The notes below the pieces were generated by a model. That model saw nothing but the letters and a program-made list of their open reading frames with translations. It ran no database searches and was not told the origin of the DNA. DNA of 63,573 nt, filler included, from Ministeria vibrans ATCC 50519 (Eukaryota > Protista > Filasterea), in assembly GCA_943704425.1 (NCBI GenBank). It is 6 parts of 6 records of this genome, joined end to end, with 100 filler letters (N's around TTAATTAATTAA, not from the genome) between each part and the next. Parts side by side here need not be neighbours in the genome. Positions count along the whole stretch, not along the records: positions 46,718 to 58,865 come from CALSCP010002526.1; positions 58,966 to 62,254 come from CALSCP010000270.1; positions 62,355 to 63,573 come from CALSCP010000041.1; 3 more parts are not named here. One strand, given 5' to 3'. The position numbers and the translations under genes were made by a program. Below, in pieces: positions 57,399 to 63,573 of this stretch (positions are counted from its first letter, which is position 1; every line of letters starts with the position of its first letter).

Positions 57399-58475
57399 AA
57401 TCCACTGAAAACGAACGACACGATCCGTTATGTGTCGCTGCATAATTGTCGCCAAAGTGCTATCCGGGGACAATACAAGAAATTCATCCAGATCCACTGT
57501 CAAAATAAACTGCACTGGGGAGCGCACAACGCAGTCCGTCGTGACAAGAAATGATTTGCGCAGGTCGTGTGCTTGCACTGTGGAGAATCGTATTTGAATA
57601 TCCTTCAGAATGGAAAAGGCAGTTTCAATCTCAGCACCGTATTTGTAAGGCGGCTGGACCATATCAGGATAATGCTGTGCCAGGTGACTGAACACAGACT
57701 GAGTGGAGTCCCCGCTTCCAATGGATATCGCAGCAGAGAAGAAGGTGAACCCCAAGTGGCGATAATACTCAAACCATTCGGGAATGAACGGCGCCTCATT
57801 GCCCACACCCACACAGACTCCAAACGAATCTGCTGGTTTCGGATCGCACGCGTCCGGCGAACACATACAAAGGTCCTGCGCCACTTCAATTAGCCCGTCG
57901 AGGGTCACCTTCGTGCACACTGGCGCTCGTTTGGCACAGAGCGCTGCACGCACGCTTGGTGGCAGGTCAAAGTCAACCCGTTCAAAAGGAGCTGAGTGTC
58001 GTCTGTTGTCCAGCAGCAGCGGCAACACGGCCGGTGAGGTGATGTTGGTGAACTCGAGAAATCTCAACGAGACGTTTGCATGCAAAATAGAATGTTGGCT
58101 GAGACGCATTGACAAGAACGTCACGCGACGCGCACCCCGCTGCACAATAAGATCGAACAGGGTTCGGTAGCCATAGTCGAAACCTCGCAGAGTGGACGGG
58201 CGAGTGTCGGCGGGATTGCGCTCGCTGTACACGCGATAGTTGCGTTGGCAGACGGGCGTGTGCCGAGCGACCGTCTCCCGTCTCTTCTCCATTCGCTCCT
58301 CCGCAACGACGCGAGCCCCACCCCCGCCCCCCGCTTGTGGCTTCCCCAACACAGCCCCTTCGGCATCGGCATGGGCGTCAAGCGGATCGACAGAAGCAGG
58401 CGAGCGGGAGAGGAGAAAGACGACCGTCGCGAAAGCGACAAGAACCAGAATCCGCCCAGCGCGCCGGAGTCGCAT
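57399..58475 (-). CDS. Type II membrane GT-A glycosyltransferase (GT92/Glyco_tranf_2_4-like)
   Basis: N-terminal TM (RILVLVAFATVVFLL), NEAPFIPEWFEYYRHLGFTFF and DC...FILTVDLDEFL. Confidence 0.7.
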
Positions 58476-59181
58476 GTGTGACGAACGTTCGCTTGATTCA
58501 AGTAATGGATTGATGTACTATGATAGAGAATAAGAGTGCAGACTGCAGTCACTGCTATGCTGCAGATCTAATTTAATCATAATACTACATAACAATTAAA
58601 TAAAATTATTCTTAATAATATTATTATGAGTAAACTTTTCGACTTCATTTATTCCTATTAATTTATTATAATTATTTTTACCTCGACAAAACTTCCAGAA
58701 AGCCGCACTAATCGGATGTTGGGGAAAGAGAGTGTGGAAGCCACGCCAAATGCCAATGTGGTCTTTAGGCGTAAGACCATCACTTAACCATGTTTGGAGT
58801 GGCTTTGGACTTTGATGGCACCATTGATTCTGGGAAGTGGGGCGCAGGGGGGGGGGGGGGGGGGGNNNNNNNNNNNNNNNNNNNNNNNNNNNNNNNNNNN
58901 NNNNNNNNNTTAATTAATTAANNNNNNNNNNNNNNNNNNNNNNNNNNNNNNNNNNNNNNNNNNNNGGGGGAGAAAGAACGAGGGAGGAGGGAGAAAGAAC
59001 AAAGTGGAGAGAGTGTGTTTGAGTGAAAGTGAGTGTTATATATAATATTATAATTATCATTAATTATTATAATTATCATTAATTATTATAATTATTATAA
59101 TTATTATAATTATTATAATTACTATATATATTGTGTGAGTGAGAAAACAAAGCTGAATAGTATGTGTGTGTGTGTGTGTAG

Positions 59182-60992
59182 GTTGAGCCTCACATTGTGT
59201 CGAAGAAAGAGAAACGATTGATTTTGTCTCGGTTGGTGCGCGCTCATGAGTTTGAGGCGTTCCTTGCACGCAAGTGGAGCAGTGAGAAGCGTTTTGGGCT
59301 GGAGGGAGGAGAATCACTCATTCCCGTAAGAGCAAAAAAAAAAAAAAAAAACACCGAGAAAATAGCAGCACTATTTAAAATGCACATTTTTTTTGAGTAG
59401 GGACTGAAAGCAATGGTGGACACTGGATCGGAGCTGGGTGTAGACACCATCTTCCTGGGCATGCCGCACCGAGGCCGCCTTAACGTGCTCGGCAATGTCA
59501 TGCGCAAACCGCTTGAGGACATTTTCTTTGAGTTCACCCCATCGTAACGCGATTTGATCAAACTCTGACTGTGCCATTAGATGATTGTGTGTGTGTGTGT
59601 GTGTTTTTGTTTGTAGTCCTGTGGCGAAGACGGATGAGCTTGAAGGAATGGGAGACTGTGCCGGGGATGTCAAGTACCATTTGGGTGCGTCGCACACGCG
59701 TAAATTGCCTTCCACCGGCAATTCAATGCACATGTCACTTGCGTCCAACCCTTCTCATCTTGAAGTACGACATCATTATAAATATATAATTAATAATATG
59801 ATTCTTTGAGTGTGCAAGTGACCGTATGTGATGGAACGTGTCTGATTTGTGTATGTCTTTCTCTGTGTGTAGGCTGTGAACCCTCTTGTGATTGGCAAGG
59901 CACACGCCGAGCAAGTGATCAAACAGGATGAGGACGGCACCAAGGTGATGCCGCTGCTGCTGCACGGCGACGCTGCCTTTGCGGGTCAGGGTGTTGTTGC
60001 CGAGACCATTTCGTACGTGAAAGAGTAAAAGAGCTGAGCTCTTTTACTGTTCGTGTGTTTGTATGTACGTGTCTCATGTATATTTTCTTGTTTATGTTGT
60101 AGAATGACGCATTTGAAGCACTACAAGGTGGGTGGCACTGTGCACGTGGTGGTCAACAACCAGATTGGCTTTACGACCAACTCGTGGCAGGGCCGTTCGT
60201 CTGCCTACTGTACCGATGTCGCCAAGGTAACATTAGTCCTCTCACCATCCACGCACACATTACAATATTCTTGACCTTTCTTCTTCTCTCTCGATCTCTG
60301 TAGTTGGTGGGTGCGCCTATCTTCCATGTCAACGGTGACAACCCTGAGGCTGTTGTGCGTGCTTGTCAGCTTGCAGGTACAAAGCACACACTATCTCTCA
60401 TCTGTTTCTCTGTTGTCTTTTGTCTCTGACAATCTCTCTCTTCACCTTTCTAGTCGAGTTCCGTCAGAAATTCCACAACGACGTTGTTGTGGACATTGTG
60501 TGCTTCCGCAAGAACGGCCACAACGAAATTGACCAGCCCATGTTCACCCAACCTCGAGTAAGAGAAAGGCTCACTTTACAAAATAGTTCACAACTAATCT
60601 CGTGTGTCATTATGTTAGATGTACACTGCCATCAAGAAACACCCGGCGACAGCCGTAATGTACGCGAAGCAGCTCATCAGCGAAGGTACAAAAAATAAAA
60701 ATAAAAGAGATTCACCTAAAACAATGCACAACAACTATCTAATAATAATAATAATACAATTTATTAATTCTTTTCTACTTTTTTTTGTCTCTCTCTCTCT
60801 GTGAAGGTGTTGTGACACAAGCGGATGTAGATACAGAGGTGAACAAGTACGCGGCCATTCTGACCAAGTCGTATGAAGGCAGCAAGAAATGGGTGTACCA
60901 TCCGCAAACGTGGCTGGAACATCGCTGGAAGGGTATGTAGACACTGAGAGAGAGCGAGAGCGAGAGGGCAAGAGGAAGAAAGAAACAAAGTG

Positions 60993-61085
<93 letters not shown>

Positions 61086-61091
61086 GAAGAG

Positions 61092-61173
<82 letters not shown>

Positions 61174-62098
61174 GAAGAGGAGGGAGAAAGAGGAGGGAGA
61201 AAGAAACAAACGAAGTGGTAGATTAAGAGAGAGAAAGAAAGAACCAAAGTGATAGCGAGAGACGGGGAATTTACACTCGTGATTTGTATAGGACTTCACA
61301 AGTTTACGCGTTCCTCGACTGGCGTTGACCTGGAGCAACTGTGCCGTTTGGGACAGATCATTTCGTCGTATCCTGAAAAGTTTGTTCCTCATGTCAATCT
61401 GCTTCGCATCTTTGAGGCGCGAAAAGGTATTGTGTCTTTGTCTTTATGTCTGTGTCGTATAATGGATTGATGATTGTTTTGCACAGAATCACTCCAGTCG
61501 CCGGAGAGTCTGGTTGACTGGGCGACGGCAGAGAGTCTTGCGTTTGCGTCGCTGCTTAAGGACAAAATTCATGTGCGTCTGAGTGGTCAGGATGTCGAGC
61601 GCGGCACTTTCAGCCATCGCCATGCCATTATCCACGACCAGAAGACGGTACCCCTCCTCCCAAACACATTATATTCACTCGCTTAATCTCTCTCTTTCTC
61701 TCTTTCTCTCTCTCTCACGCACATATGTATATACACATAACAGTTTGAACAGTACTGTCAGCTGGACAATGTTGATGCCGATCAGGCGCGCTTTACGGTG
61801 GTCAACTCGCCGCTCAATGAGTTTGCTGTGCTTGGCTTTGAGTTGGGCTACTCTCTCGTTAGTCCCGACCGTCTGGTCATGTGGGAGGCTCAGTTTGGCG
61901 ACTTCTCGTATGCTTTATATATAATTATATATTGCACTTGTCGTGGCTCATCTTAAATTTTTTTTTTTCTGTTAGGAACACTGCTCAGTGCATGTTTGAC
62001 CAATTCCTGTCTGCGGGTGAGTCCAAGTGGATGCGCCAGTCTGGCCTGACAGTCCTTCTGCCGCATGGCTACGAGGGAATGGGCGCAGAGCACTCCAG
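59182..62098 (+). CDS. OGDH: 2-oxoglutarate dehydrogenase E1 (internal exons only)
   Basis: [90 protein letters not shown] and [14 protein letters not shown]. Confidence 0.97.
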
Positions 62099-62151
62099 GT
62101 AGCTCTATATAATATGTGCACTCATCTTTTGCGTTTCACCAATACTTATAC

Positions 62152-62254
<103 letters not shown>

Positions 62255-62409
62255 NNNNNNNNNNNNNNNNNNNNNNNNNNNNNNNNNNNNNNNNNNNNTT
62301 AATTAATTAANNNNNNNNNNNNNNNNNNNNNNNNNNNNNNNNNNNNNNNNNNNNAAAAAAAAGACAATAAGAAACGTTAAAAAAAAAATAGAAAAAAAAA
62401 AGATGTGAC

Positions 62410-63366
62410 CTTGTAGCGAGTATCATCGGGATTGACAGCAATGCCTGTGTCGCCGAGCATGGTCTCGAGACGGGTGGTGGCGACGATAATCTCCTTGGCG
62501 CCGTCGCTGGTGCTGGCAGCGTCACCGCAGAGGGTGTAGGCGAACGACTCGATGATGCCAAACTCGTACTCTGCATTGTCGTGTGTGGGCACTTTGCGCA
62601 TCGTCGGCTTCTCAATGTCGCTCGAGTCGACTTCCAGGTCGCTAATGGCCGAGCGCAGCTTGCAGTCCCAGTTGACCAGTCGTGTTGCGCGGTAGATGAG
62701 CTTCTTCTCGTGGAGGCGCACAAAAGCCTCGGTGACGGCACGCGTCCGTGGCTCGTCCATGGTGAACACTTCGCGACTCCAGTCGTACGAGCTACCAAGA
62801 CGACGCAACTGGTTGCAAATACGACCACCAAACTTCTCGCGCCACTTCCACACTTCCTCGACAAAAGCTTCACGTCCGAGATCGTGACGCGAGACGCCTC
62901 GTTCGCGCTGCAGCTTCTTCTCGACGACAACCTGCGTGGCAATACCGGCATGGTCTGTGCCCGGTAGCCACAGAGTGGTCTCGCCACGCATTCGATGCCA
63001 GCGAACAAGGGTGTCTTGGACGGCGTTGGTGAGGCCGTGTCCAATGTGCAGCGCGCCCGTGATGTTCGGCGGCGGAATGCACATCATGAATGTGCCCTTG
63101 GGGTTTTCCTTGGGGAGGACACCGCCAAACTTGAACTCGGGCTTGAAGTGACCCTCCTTCTCCCACCACTCGTACCACGACGACTCAACATACTGAGGAT
63201 GGTACTCGTTGGGAAAGGGAACGCTGTCGAGTTGCTTGCGATCCCCCTTGGTCGTTGGATCGGTCGGCTGGGCGGCAGCGGGCGCGCCACCAGCACCAGA
63301 CCCGCTCGCGCCATCTCCCTTGGGCGCCTTGGCGCTCTTCTTGTCCTTGGCTCCCGACGCTGGTGC
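62410..63366 (-). CDS. VARS: Valyl-tRNA synthetase (partial, one large exon)
   Basis: [60 protein letters not shown] and [13 protein letters not shown]. Confidence 0.96.
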
Positions 63367-63573
63367 CTAAGAGGAAATTGCATCAGCGCAACGCATGAGA
63401 AACACTGGAAGAGCCAGAAGAGACAGAGAGGAGAGACGCAGCGAGGGAAGGCAGGTGCAGAGGGGTGGAAGAAAGACATAATGAGACAGAGGGAGAGGGA
63501 GAGCCAGAGGGGGGACCAGAGCAAGAGAGAGAGAACGAAAGACCGAGAGAAAAGCATGTTTTGCCTTTTTTTT

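Overview
Intron-rich microbial eukaryote genome (standard code, GT-AG introns often filled with (GA)n/(AAT)n/(CA)n microsatellites, aerobic mitochondrial genes, a metazoan-type tyrosine kinase, so probably a unicellular holozoan or other amorphean; this is inference). The window is not contiguous. Five artificial N-flanked TTAATTAATTAA linkers join at least six contigs (1-17847, 17948-40216, 40317-46617, 46718-58865, 58966-62254, 62355-63573). Housekeeping genes: IDS-like sulfatase, CRT-like transporter, NCBP3-like, ABCB/P-glycoprotein, ammonium transporter, NDUFA12, GGTase-I beta, 2OG-Fe(II) oxygenase, NIPBL/Scc2, RasGAP, UCH, a CAMK-group kinase, ankyrin-BTB, a GT92-like glycosyltransferase, OGDH E1 and ValRS. 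Two things stand out. (1) A receptor tyrosine kinase whose ectodomain has a signal peptide, a C2/MNNL-like domain, about 15 Notch-type EGF repeats (two split by a repeated unknown domain) and an extracellular ZU5-like domain ending in an HFS autoproteolysis motif just before the TM helix. (2) A small accessory contig starting with (CCCTAA)4 that carries a decayed Fanzor (TnpB-like RNA-guided nuclease) convergent with a Crinkler-type PD-(D/E)xK nuclease gene. A Polinton/Ginger-type integrase relic and a PTEN-C2/MIU/RING-H2 fusion are also present. All family calls come from recognising motifs by eye; no searches were run.
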